Below, one piece after another: positions 23,864 through 36,620 of a stretch of 61,422 nucleotides of DNA. Under the pieces are notes generated by a model. The model was not told where the DNA came from. It did not search any database and was given only the letters and a program-made list of their open reading frames with translations. This DNA is from Octopus bimaculoides (taxonomy: Eukaryota), in assembly GCF_001194135.2 (NCBI RefSeq), contig NC_068981.1, positions 9,300,391-9,361,812 on the forward strand, given 5' to 3'. The stretch's first letter is position 1, and each line of letters starts with the position of its first letter. The translations under genes were made by a program, and so were the position numbers.

Positions 23864-24505
23864 GTGCGTGCGTGTGTGCAGGATCGTTTTAATCCACAAA
23901 TTACTCTATGGAAACCTTTCATTAACCGACGTCTCCCTTTTATTGTTGTTGCTACTCGGGTTCACAGAAATAATTATAATATTAATTATGAATAATAATA
24001 ATAATAATGATTATGCTTAAAAAAAAGTATCGAACTTTTTATGTATATTGATTCGGTTAAAGTAAGAAGCTATGATTTCGAAAATAATATTTACTTTTAT
24101 TGATTGCGTTTGTGGAGTTGTAAAGAGAGAGTAAGGTGGACGACCTGTTGCAGATATAAATATCATTTGGTAGGCTGACAGACATATGTTCAGGTGTGGA
24201 AGGTAATGACAGCTGAGACGAAAGCTTTTTAAAAAGTTTTGAAGAAGGTAACCTCCCGCCAACCGAGAAGTAAAGTTTTACACTTCTTCGTTGAATGCCA
24301 TGTCTTTAATTTTCGTGTTGACTATATTAGGCTAAATTCACTTCCATTGTCAGCCCATACTTTATTAGACGAACACTGCTACCTCCTCCGTCCCATGAAA
24401 ATCTTGCCTAATAATCCCAATCCGTTTGAAAGTGTAACTACTTTCTAGTTCAATAACAGAATTAGGAGATTTTATTGTGATTTTTCTCGGTCCTGAACAG
24501 GTGCT

Positions 24506-24904
24506 ATGTCTTCAAAGAAGGAAAGGCGAACGATACTCGCTTCTATTTGGTCGCAACCGACAGTCCACGAATTGGATTTTTTCGACAAGGGGAAATATCT
24601 GGTTGTGACTTCAACCTACAAAGATATCATAAAGTGGTGGATGAATGTTCTGAAAGTATTCTACCCACAGGAGACCTATCGAGAGAAAGGAGACCTCATC
24701 AAGTTGAAGCCAGTTAGTGGGGTCACTTTACGCCTCAATAAAACTTCGGGAGTGATGAGAATCGAAGGGAAAAACCATTGGGTTTGGTTTGTCGATAATT
24801 TTGCCAACATCCTGGAACAAGGAAATGTTGATGCCGAGTCACTTGCTGAACAATCGGATACATCTGTTACAAGATATTTACATTTGGATAAAAACCTCGA
24901 CGAG
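24506..24904 (+). CDS. Uncharacterised protein, first coding exon (133 aa)
   Basis: Long non-repetitive ORF with globular composition. Acceptor tttttctcggtcctgaacAG ends at 24500, 5 nt before the ATG. Consensus donor GAG|GTAAGT at 24905. Confidence 0.85.
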
Positions 24905-26477
24905 GTAAGTAGTTAACAATTTTCTTCGTCTTAAAGGTATAAATAATTGTTCGTTTAACTCCTTGTCAGCTGGTCCGTTCTGACCATAATTTTCAAACAT
25001 TTTATTTCATTTTATCTTATCCAATTTGTCCTTCATGTAATTTGAGGGAAATTTGGCCACTATTTTTAGAAGGTCACTGATTTAAATCCTTCCAATTTTA
25101 TTTAAACTCAAACTGATACAGATTAAAAGAAGGGAGAATATTGTTGTAGACTTGAATTTAGAATAGTTGATTCATCTTTTCCTTATTTGTACAATCATTA
25201 ATTTAATTAAAATTGCATGTTATCAAGTTAATACAACACACAAACGTTATAGTTTTATATTTCGGGTTGGTTACTTGTTTGCCCCTCCCCTCAAAAAATG
25301 ACCATACCGAAATATACCAATATCTGTTTCAGCACACGGTTTCACATCAGGAATCTTGCAACACAAATTCATAAACTTAATTCTTATTAAATCTGATAAT
25401 ATAACATTCGTTCCACCTAACTAGATATTATTATGACTGAAACTCAATAGCCACCCTAGTTGAATTTAATTTTAATTATTTCTATTTTAGCTTTTTGCAG
25501 CTGATTTCTTCACATATCAATATTTACCTGCAATATTTGAAAGCTTATGGTGTTGGTGGTTATTTTTGTAGTTAAAAACAAATTTACAACACAGGTTGGT
25601 TGTTGTAAAGTTTGAGGACAAGATAGAATCTAAAAACAGAAGTTTGATCAAAAGGAAACTTGTTAAACATCCCCGAATCATTCTTTAATTTTAATTAATC
25701 CTGACCTCATTGAAGGCACCTGTTGCTTTTTTTTATTTTTGTTTTTAATGTAGTTGTCTGGTGAACATTTAGAAAAATGTTCTGTTAATATATTGAAGTT
25801 TCATGGATTATGAAAATCTTTATAGAATAATTAATCAGATTGACCTATTTGATAGTCTTTCCACCTCCCACGTGTTACTTTATTTTAATACATAATACTT
25901 CATTGTTTATAAATCTCTCTGGCATATCACAACCTACTTAAAAGGCGGGATGGTCACCTCTGAACTACCTTTGCTCTATATAGGCTGGTTCTTACTGGGC
26001 CAAACGACTGTGACTACGAAGGCAGGAAAACTACTTCCTGATTGCCACTAGAACTTTCAAGGTTTGTTTTATTATAAAAGAAAATTCACGAATGAAACGA
26101 TTTATTAATACATGGTGCATGGTGGAGGAGCGGTTTAATATACACAGATATATCAAATTCGCTTTATATTTCATGAAATTAAAGTAAATATCATGATTTT
26201 GTGTTTTCGTTAACGGTTATTCCGCAGTCTCCGTAGAACTCTCATCCATTCCCAGTGTGATGACAATTCTAAACAGTTAATCTTCGATAAGACGGTCAAA
26301 AATCACCNNNNNNNNNNNNNNNNNNNNNNNNNNNNNNNNNNNNNNNNNNNNNNNNNNNNNNNNNNNNNNNNNNNNNNNNNNNNNNNNNNNNNNNNNNNNN
26401 NNNNNNNNNNNNNNNNNNNNNNNNNNNNNNNNNNNNNNNNNNNNNNNNNNNNNNNNNNNNNNNNNNNNNNNNNNNNN

Positions 26478-26572
26478 GCTAGCTAGTCTTGAGTGGTTGA
26501 TCCTAACCCTAACCCGCGTGTGCAAATAAATACGTGGTTAGGGTTAGGATCGACCACTCACGACTAGCTAGC
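26478..26572. other. Hairpin, 37-bp stem / 21-nt loop, with (CCCTAA)-like units in the arms
   Basis: Arms 26478-26514 and 26536-26572 are reverse complements with two mismatches. Confidence 0.88.
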
Positions 26573-27785
26573 GCGGACGCGCGACTGCGCGTTCGGGACC
26601 GTGCTGCTTTAGTAGTACCCTTTATTGGAAAACTGATAGAACTGTTTTTTCCAATCAGCTTCGTCATGTCGCCAGGTCAGGCCAAATCATATCTTTTTTT
26701 ATAGAGCTGCCGTATGGACCCAAAGTATTTAAAGCTGTCCACTTATACAAGTTTTTTGTTCAAGCAGCATGGTATTGGTTGCTTGTAGTCAAGTTGTTTA
26801 AAATTCTTGCCCTTCACTGACCTAATTTCCAGTTTGTTAGTTCCTGACGCTCTTCCCAGTTTGCTTATTGAGTTCCGAGAATCCTTGCAATCTCCCATGA
26901 GATCGATATGAGCAAGTCATGGGTTACAAACAGGCCATCCCCCGACGCAAACAAAGTGGAGGCCATATAGTGTCTCCTCTGGAGTAGTTTTTTCCCAGGG
27001 AAAACATATCTTAAATATGCAGGCAATCTTTCTGTATTAGTAGATAGCATTCACCTACAAAATGTTCCCTCATGACATAGAGCCTGAGCTGAAAAGGAAG
27101 GCGAATGACGGCGTCTACAAATACCGACAGATTGCCACATATATGTATACTAGCAGCTAAGCCCGGTTTCATCCGATCGGTTTGGATGATGTGGCTGTAA
27201 AACCTGCTCTGTGTAAGCATTCGACTTGTTTGGACATGCTTATGTTAAAAAACAATTTTTTAGAATGCCTTTTTTTTCTGTCAAAACGCTAAAACTAACA
27301 GACCAACAACAAAAAAGACAACCAAGATTCAACCAAATCCCAAAATAAACCCAAATACTAAGCGAACAAAGATGAACCCTCCCATTTCCATTGCGCGTGC
27401 ACACACATTTACATACACACACATATATTCACACAGTTGAAATGCTGTTTGATTTATTTTTTTCAGCATACAATTTTCATCATCCCCCTACCAAGTATGG
27501 CTTCACCCCTTCCTTCCTTCCTTATTCATCTATCACACCTTCTTTTCTCATTCATAAACACAAGAGTATTATTATAGTAGATTATCTCGGTAACCAGTTG
27601 AACTATGAAAAAATACAAAGCCTGGCATCATTCTACACATCTGTGTAATTTTTCGCGCAATTCCACCCAGCCGTTTGACCGTGAATCCCAAGACAAGAAA
27701 GAATTGCCCATGTCAAATTTGTATGTATAGATTTTAATGTGTGTGCGTACATTTTTCTTTATTAATTGGCAGATGATTCAGTGAT

Positions 27786-28063
27786 TCAAGGGCTGACAGT
27801 TCTGTCTATTGGCACTTATCAAACTGGTTTCAAATCAAGGGGCTTGCATTTATATACTGGTTATAAGGTATTTCCAAGAATTGTTCTGAAACATGTTATA
27901 AAAACAGTTACAATGTCATGTGGATAATGCATATTTTTCAAATGGTTTACTAATTACGCCATTCAATAATCAACAGATAAAGAAATTTAAAGATATGTAT
28001 GCATGCCCCCATGATTTGAAACCAGTTTGATAAGTGCCAATGCATGAAACTGTCAGCCCTTGA
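27786..28063. mobile_element. Fold-back/MITE-like element
   Basis: tcaagggctgacagtt/aactgtcagcccttga plus a perfect 27-bp ggcacttatcaaactggtttcaaatca inverted pair (27811-27837 / 28012-28038). No clear TSD. Confidence 0.72.
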
Positions 28064-29129
28064 GTCGTTCTGTAACTTCTGCTGATTTAAAAAGAAACAT
28101 AAATATAATTTGTGTTTTGAATTCTATTTTCCTGTTTGCATCACTAAATGTGTGTTGGGGTGTGGGTATGTCTGTATGGTTAAGAAATTTGTTCAATCTC
28201 ACGAAATCTGAAAAGATCATTGTATGTGTGTTTGCATCCACTTTGTGCTTTCAAGGCTGTGTGGAATAAGATATCCCCTGCTTGAAAAACAGGTAAGGTT
28301 TAGCGACAGGAAGAGTATCCAGTTGTAAAACACTGCCTCAATAATGTATTTGTGTAACCCATGCAAGCATGAAAAAAGTGGATATAAAAACGTGAGCTAA
28401 ATATTTAATTGTATAACTTCTTTTATAAGAATCCTAATTTCTTATAAAAGATGATTTTATTGATGATTATCAACAAAAAATACTTAATCTTGCGCAACAC
28501 CCTGCTTGACATTAAGCAAGTTTGATTTTACCAATGTAACAAATCCAGTGCCCCACCCTACGCTTTTGTGTCTTTTATTTCTATAGCTTAATTAATGACT
28601 TACCTTCTCACTACCTCACATTCCGATACCCTCTCAGATACAATGCCTAATTAATCTTCTTTAGAGCAACATCTTTTCAGGAATGTTTTTTTCCCCCTCT
28701 AGTATTGAATTGCAAACCTTCAAATGAAATATTAATCCCACCGCCTGCATCTATTTACTTTTATTCCTCAACAGGGATTAATAAGCTTCTGACCTCTGCT
28801 TCACACTAAAACTACTGTCACTACTTCATTAGTTACTACCATTCGTTCAGCAAGATCATAAGTGATTGTAGACAGCCTCTTCCTTTTTGTTTGCTTTGTA
28901 TCTTGTATAACGAAACTGAATAACTGAATACAATGTGAAATAGAAGGAACATTGATAGCAATACAGGCTGAGTAAAAACACAAAGAAAAAAATAACTATA
29001 AAGCTAGTGTCTTATTATGAATTAAGACTTGGTAAGACCTTGTGTGTCTTATTCTGAAATAAGAATGGCATAAAGTTTTGTACTTGACCACTTAAATAAA
29101 AGAGCAAAAGAATAACTAAAAATTTGTTT

Positions 29130-29445
29130 CAATCATTTGACTGTGACCACCCTGGAGCACCGCCATTAGTCGAGCAAATTGATCCCAGGACTTATTCTTT
29201 GTAAGCCTAGTACTTATTCTATTGGTCTCTTTTTGATGAACAGCTAAGTTACAGGGACGTAAACACACCAGCATCGGTTGTCAAGCGATGTTGGGTGGGG
29301 ACACACACACACATACATGACAGGCTTCCTTCAGTTTCTGTCTACCAACTCAAGGCTTTGTAGAAGACACTTGTCCAAGGTGTTACCAAATGGGACTGAA
29401 CCTGGAACCATGTGGTTGGTAAGCAAGCTACTTACCACACACCCA
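29130..29445 (-). mobile_element. tRNA-derived SINE, near full length
   Basis: Same head, (TG)n and tail as 49470-49870. Confidence 0.8.
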
Positions 29446-30749
29446 CTCTTCCTGTGCCTATACATTGAACAGTTAAGGGATATAAAGCTAAAAGTAAAGT
29501 TTAGTTAGTCGCCGGTGTCAGAAAACTCAACTACTTGAGCTTACCGTGTGTCCCAAAAAGATAAGTTATTTGGTATTGACTGGCAACCAAAAGTTCATGC
29601 GCACTAGAGTGGCTAATAGCATAATCTGGCTAAAATGAAGATCCTTGATACCTCACAACCAGAAGTAAATAGTTCTGCCACAAATAACACAGTGAACAGT
29701 GTCTGTATTGCTAGAGATGCTTGAAGGCAGTGTTAGGTGGGTAGGTTCTGCTATCTGTAAGTAGCAAACTTTGTCTTTCCATAAGAAAGTTTCTATGAAG
29801 TGAAATTCAAAAGTGTTAAAATAATCTGCAATGATATGAAGTATGTTGAAACAGTTCATTGAATGGGAAATGTTGAAGTAAAGAAAGAATGTGAGTATGA
29901 AAGGCACTGAGTGGTGTTAGACACTAGAATTACTCTAGCTGTGTGAGCAAAGGTGGTGGTGTCTGTGAGTCAGTGATGGTAGGTTCCTATATATAGCAAT
30001 CAGCTTAGTAAGAAGTAATTATACCCAACCTGAAAGTATTGGGTTTGTCAAACAATCTCACAATACATGTTGCTATTTAGCTGCAGGTTGGTCTTCATTC
30101 AGCAAACTACAATCAAAAGTGGTCCAGCAGTGACCACCCCATCATATTTTTGCAGACAAATATAACTAGGACCATATTATCCAGTGCATACTTCTCTTTT
30201 TAAGATGCTAGGGATTTGAAGGATATTCAGCTGCTATTTCTTGCAGATAGACCTCTACTATACTTGTATGGCACATTCATCTCTCATGGATTCGTACATC
30301 AGGGCCAGGGTAACATGGTGCACTTAATTGTGAACCATGTTACTCTTATTTTGCTGTGTCATTTCAAGGCATGAGCACACTCAGCAGTTGCCCAGGGGCC
30401 CCTATTCTGAACTATGTGGCTTGCTGTCAATAAGTAAATTGTATCGATTTGCCCCACGGGACCTATAATGCTACAGAAATAACCCTCTTATCATGAATTG
30501 ATATGTGATAAAACAGATGAGTGATCGGTTGAAGATTCTGCTTGGACTGCAAAACCACACCTCAGTGACCACCCACAAATGCTCAGCTGCTCGGAATGCA
30601 CTGACTGCAGCTGATGTTTATATGACTGCAAATAGGCTGCATGTTTTTTTATGTGGCTGTATCTACTCATACCCATTAACATGAGACCAGTGAAGGGAAA
30701 CAATATGAAGGTGCATGATCCAAACAAACATCATAGACAAAAGAATGTT

Positions 30750-30845
30750 CCGCACAGGAAAAGGTGAAGATGATCAAGGAAATATATGATGGTGGAAGCT
30801 TCAGTGGTTCAGGAGTTTGGTGTTGATGAATCTACCATTCGTTCT
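30750..30845 (+). mobile_element. pogo/Tigger-like HTH_psq remnant
   Basis: EKVKMIKEI..GG / SVVQEFGVDESTIR across one frameshift. Confidence 0.5.
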
Positions 30846-31899
30846 GGAGTGTGTGGAGACAATTCATTTATCTCAATATCTTTTTGAAACTAAATCTCAA
30901 CATTAAATGAGGACAGATATACTATAACTCAACATAATTTACAGCAATATATACTTTTTTGACCAGCTAAGTTAATCTTCTTCCCACATGAAGTTGAAGA
31001 AGGTCATTATTTAATTCTAGCTTCTGGGGCAGATGATAAACCAATATCTGATTAGAACAGATACCAGTTTCTGTGAGTTGGCAACTCATAGGCTCTGGTA
31101 AGGTTTCTCGTCAATCAGGTCAGTGTAGAATTATAGTCTGTTGCCTGGAGACAGTAAACTCAGTGTAAGATCACAGCCACTGAACCACTTCCCTCTAGTT
31201 TCTCTTTCTCTTTTATGATACAAGATACTGAGTCAATATTTTGTAGGAGAGCGTTTTGTGACTCCTTATATTAGTCATATTTTTTATTTTCTTTGTAAAC
31301 AGTAAAAAAAAAAAAGAAGTTTTTATACTTTTGTCAGGAGGGATGGGTAATGCCCAGATTCCTTGACAGGGCCTTCAACATTGGGGGCTGGGAAGAATGA
31401 TACATCATTATCATCATTGTTTAATATTCAGTCTCCATGCTGGCATGGGTTGGATGGTTTGACATGGAGCTGTCTGTTGTGGCATGGTTTCTATGGCTGC
31501 ATGTCCTTCTTAATGTCAACCACTTAGCAGAGTGTTGGCTGCATTTTATGTCTCACTGGCATGGGTGTGTTTACACAACATCAGCACGGGTGCATTTGCA
31601 TAGCATCGACACAGGTGCACTTATGCAGCACAGGCATGGGTGCTTTTCAAGTGGCACTGGCACCTGAAAGGACAAGCCTGTTGATGTGGAAGACAGGGAT
31701 TTTACTTAGCTTGACATGTCTTCTCAAGTACAGCAAATCACCACATCTCCTGGTCCCTCTTTATTAAAGATAGGGTACATATAAATGGTGCAGCAAAATT
31801 CAGTCAAACTTTAGTAACTACTGCTGTATCTGTAAAGGAGTATGCAGTCTGGTGTTGTAATGATGAAAGACAATGCCTTTACAATTAGCAAGTGTTGGG

Positions 31900-32200
31900 T
31901 TCTGGTGGATTGCTACATTTAATTGATCTAGCTGGTCTCATCCAAAATGATTCTGTCCATGGGAAGAAGTCTGTAAAAGATGACTTCCTTCCAAATTGAA
32001 AGCATAATCTTTTTTAGGTGAAGTCCTGCATTGGAAGTTGTTTGTAATGGTTCACTGCATTTCGCTCCTGATTGTTTTCACTTCACATAGTTATAGACAA
32101 TCCATTTTCCACCCCTTGTCACCATTCTCTTCAAAAAAGGGATTGTTTTCTTCACATTTCTGCAATGAATCACTGATGGAAAAAAGTTAGTCTCATTCAA
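31900..32200 (-). mobile_element. Mariner transposase remnant
   Basis: SISDSLQK.EENNPFLKRMVT.G.KWIVY...GLHLKKIMLSIW. Confidence 0.7.
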
Positions 32201-32711
32201 TTAATGTAAGACCCAAACACTGATGTATTTGATGCAAATAGTTTACAACACTCAATTTGTATTTTTTGAGAATGTCTACAATCATCTTGGCTGTATAATG
32301 GGGGTTGGTGTCATTTTGTCACTGTTAATCTTGGTTGGCCAACCAGAGCAAGGACCAAAAAATTTCACAATGAAAATCTTGAAAACCAATTCTGGCACAC
32401 ATGTCCTGTAACAGCATCCCCTCTGTACATAGAGCATATCTTCCTGCAGTTTTCTATTACCGTCTTGACTTTTTTTAAATGAAAAACCATGAGATGTTGA
32501 TATTGGTCATTTTGGTTCTTGATTTTTCAAGGTGATCCTAAGTATGCAAAATATGTCTCATTGCATTTTTATGTTGAGCTTCCTTGAAGTGTCAATTATC
32601 TAAATGTAGATGTGTAAGAGATAGACTGGAGTTAGCTACCTATTAGAGTGCTTGAAGTTTAGTGTTGAAAAAACCAGATGTATATTTCATATATCACCCA
32701 GATAATGGCAA

Positions 32712-32758
<47 letters not shown>

Positions 32759-33678
32759 TTACCATCATCATTTTGCTGGCATTGGTTTAGACAGTTTGAC
32801 AAGATCTATTGAACCATAAAACTATGTCAAGCTCCACAAAATTAGCTTTAGCTTGGTTTCTATAGCTGGATGCCCTTCTTAATGCCAACCACTCAACAGT
32901 GTGTACTGGGTGCAAGTGATTTACAAGAAAAGAAAGGAACAAGAAGAAAAATGGGGGTGGGAATAAAAAAGAAAAGCCTTCTTGACTATATGAGGTAGGG
33001 TAGTGTTTGAGAAGTGGAGGAGGAGTAATGGTTCTGTGCCAAGAGTTGAGATACTAGTGTGATGGAAAAACAAGCCCTAGATGTCTTGTGATAAAGATAT
33101 AAGGCTGAGTAATGGAAAGCTGGAAAAGAGAGCCACAAAAGGTATTTATAATTCTGCTTGCATGGATCAGACAAGAGTATGTTAGGGTAGAGTATGACCA
33201 GATACTCTTCTTGATCCTAACCCTTGCTCGTTTCTTAGCAGTTATACTCACTCTGTTTATCGAAAAAGCAGCTCCAACATGATTATTTGGATCACTAGAA
33301 GCAAATGACATTGTATGAATGATACTTTTGAGCTTTTTGCTTAAGTAGATCATGCAACATGTCAAGAAGCTCTCATATTTTCCTCACTGCACTGGAAGCA
33401 AACAGCGCCGTCTACAGGAAGTCAAAACCATTGTTTACAACTAGCGAGACATGTGAAGACAGGGAGAAATATGGACTTATGCACACAGTCACACCTATGC
33501 ATGTGCACACACATACATGTGCATGTATGTATACACCATGGGCTTCTATGAGTTTCTGTCTACCAAATCTACTCGCTAAGGTTTAGGGGTACAGCAGAAG
33601 ATAGTTGCCCCAAATACCACGCAGCAGCAGTGAACTCAGAACTACACGAGATACATAGTGAACTTATAAACCCTACAG

Positions 33679-33931
33679 CAGTGGCTCCCAACCTTTTCCA
33701 GGCTGCTACCCTCTTGGCACCAAGGCCACATTCCTAGTACCCCATCCCTCACCACTACCCCTACAAACATAGATCACTTTCTGCAGCAAATTCAAAACAG
33801 CTGTATCTCACAAATAAAACTTAACCTAATTAACTCTTTTTTTTTTTTTTTTTTTTTTTACACCCCATTATCACTCCACTTTTCTTCAAGGCCTCCAAGG
33901 GGGTAGTACCACCCACTTTAGAAACCATTTG
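33679..33931. mobile_element. hAT/Charlie-like MITE
   Basis: Starts cagtggctcccaacctttt and ends ccactttagaaaccatttg. 8-bp TSD ccctacag/ctctacag with one mismatch. Confidence 0.75.
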
Positions 33932-34921
33932 CTCTACAGTTTTGTGTGTGTTTTCTGGTGTGTCTCTTTGTCTTGACATTGTATGAATGTCAATGTCAGA
34001 CTAGTGATGGCTTTCATTTCCAATCTTCCATGGCCATGGGAAATATTACCTTATTTGGAAATGGGTGAGGGTTGCCGACAGAAATGACATCCAGCTGTAG
34101 AAAATTTCCCTTGATAAATTCTGTCCAACCTATGCAAGCATGAAAAATTGGACATTAAAACAATGAAGGTGATATATATTTACTGTTGCCTCTGTCAAAC
34201 CATTCAACCCATACCAGCATAGCAAACGGACATTAGATGATTTAGATGATGATGATGATACTAATGAACAACAAAAAGTCATGCAAGAACAATAATTCTG
34301 AGGCAAGAGACTAAATAGATACCATTGACCCAGTACTTGACTGCTGTTTATTTAGTCAACTCAGGGAGGATGAAAACTGAAATTGACCTTGGTAGGGTTT
34401 GAACTCAGAATGTAAAGTGTTGTTAATAATATTAAAAATATATAGAAGAATTAGATTAAAAAAGTTGAATTAATTGCTAATATATTTATTGTAAATAATG
34501 TTATTGTAAGCACTCTAAGGAATGGTTTGTAGTTACCCATTAAGTGTACGATGAGTAATTCAGGTCCATCAAGGAATCATTTAAATATTCTGATTAGCAA
34601 ATGTGGATAGCTTATATTGCTTAATTAGTATATGGGGTGCAAGGACTCTTTGAGGACACTGAATTATTAATATATTACTCTCACCAATTAAAAGGTTTCA
34701 ATTTCCTTCAGATTCACCATGGTAAATAAAATGCTAACACAAGGAATGAAAATATGACAGTCATTATTTCCATATGTGCAAAACATGGCTGTTTAGAAAT
34801 TGCCAACTTTCTAAATATTACAAGATCCTTTGTATACAAAATCATAGGTATTAGCTGCCCCTGATGGGAATCTTTCAACTATGTTAAAAACAGAAAGCAG
34901 TCTAGATGTTGCAATACTATA

Positions 34922-35797
34922 CGTAGTCTGATCAATAAGTATTTAGACTGTTGCTATAGTAATGAAGCTAAAGCATGGAGAGTGAAGCCTCTTGGCACAG
35001 ATTGACCTTAAACTCTGCTGTGCATGTGCACTAAGTTTTAACGTTCTAGCTAACTTCTGCTGTTTACAGCAGTGCTTGGAAGGAAGGTGTGTAGCATGTG
35101 ATTGTTGCATTGACTATGACAGAAGCTGAGCAGAGAATCTGCATCAAATTTTGCCAAAAGCTTGGTGATACCTGCTCAGAGGCCTATGCAAAGTTTTCAT
35201 AAAGTTTTCATTGTTCTCGATACAATCAAGGAGATCTTGTGCAACTGAAACCCAAGTGTCTGTTTGGCCAGCTGAAAACAGTTTTGGCACAAACTTGGCA
35301 GACACACGTCTCATAACCAAATCTTCAGTGTTAATGGACTGAACTGTAACTTATCCGATAATTCACGGATGGTGATTCGACAATTTCTCCTCACAGCTGC
35401 ATGCACATCTGTGATGTTTTACTCGGTTTTGCTGGCTGCAGGTCTCCCAGAATGTTCGTTAATATCAACATTTTTTTGGCCATTTTGGAAATGTCTGAAC
35501 TATCCATACACTAGTGTGTGGTTCATACACTCCTCTCCATACACTTTCTTCAACTTTGCATTGGCCTCTGAGCAGATATCACCATGACAACTTTCTCTGT
35601 TAGGATCAATACAATGATCACACACCACACATGTTCCTTCCAAGCATTACTGTAAACAGCGGAAGTGAGCTAGAATGTTAAAACTTAGTGCACATGCACA
35701 GCAGAGTTCAAGGTCAATCTGTGCCAAGCGGCTTTACTCTGTATGCTTTAGCTTCGTTACTATGGCAACAGTCTAGATACTTATTGATCAGACTTCG
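34922..35797. mobile_element. Mariner derivative with two inverted 5' ends
   Basis: TA-flanked, with inverted arms of >160 bp. Both arms reach into the transposase start (EQRICIKFCQKLGD..SEAYAK on +). The minus strand continues ..HSGRP..RITIREL..MRRVSAKFVPK. Confidence 0.85.
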
Positions 35798-36189
35798 TAA
35801 AGACTGCAGTTCAACCAACAGGTTCAAAACCTTATTGATGATGATCCTGGAAAATCAATGAGGGCAAGTTCCAAAGAACTTCACGTGTTGGAGAAATGTG
35901 CTGCACGAAGATAGTTGATGCAAGTTGTATGTACTGAGTAGAGGTCAATTAATGTCTGCAAAGACACCTGAAAACTGTTTGATCTGCTCTGAGCAGTTAT
36001 TTAGTAAATGAAAAACTCTCACAAGCATGGCATGCTTTGGTTCTTCTTTGATGAGAAAAACTTTGACTAAGAGGAGAAATAACAGATGGTTATGTGTAGA
36101 TCCTTGAGGTGTCCCTAGAGTGACGTGCACTAAATTTTCAGCAATTGTGATGGTTTTAAGAGTGGTGAGCAATGAAAATCATCATGCTA

Positions 36190-36620
36190 CTGTGGATTTT
36201 CCAGGGTTTTAGAATTAATGCTGATGGATATGTTGCAGCACTGCAGACAGTTGTTTAGCATTGGTTGGATGAAATATGCAGTGGAAGGGCATATGAGTTT
36301 CAACAAGATTCAGTACCTTCTCACAAAGTCCACATAATCCAATAATTAATATCAGACAATCTTAACAATCATGTAACACTCGACTTATGGGCTCCAAATT
36401 CATCAGATTAAAATCCCATGAACTACATTTGGAGCATTTTTGAAAGGGGAAATTAATTGACTTTCTCATAAAACAATAGCTTCATTGAAGGTTGCCATTG
36501 TCTGGGTGATATCTGAAATGAATAAAGACCATTCAGTGTAGGATGTCAATAATTCTGCATTGAAGCAGTGATTGAAGGTGGATTCATAAAACAGTTTTAT
36601 ATGAAAGTTTATTGAGATCA
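36190..36620 (+). mobile_element. Degenerate maT (DD37D) transposase fragment
   Basis: GFRINADGYV..GRAYEFQQDSVPSHK..LWAPNSSD.NPM.Y with stops. Confidence 0.65.
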
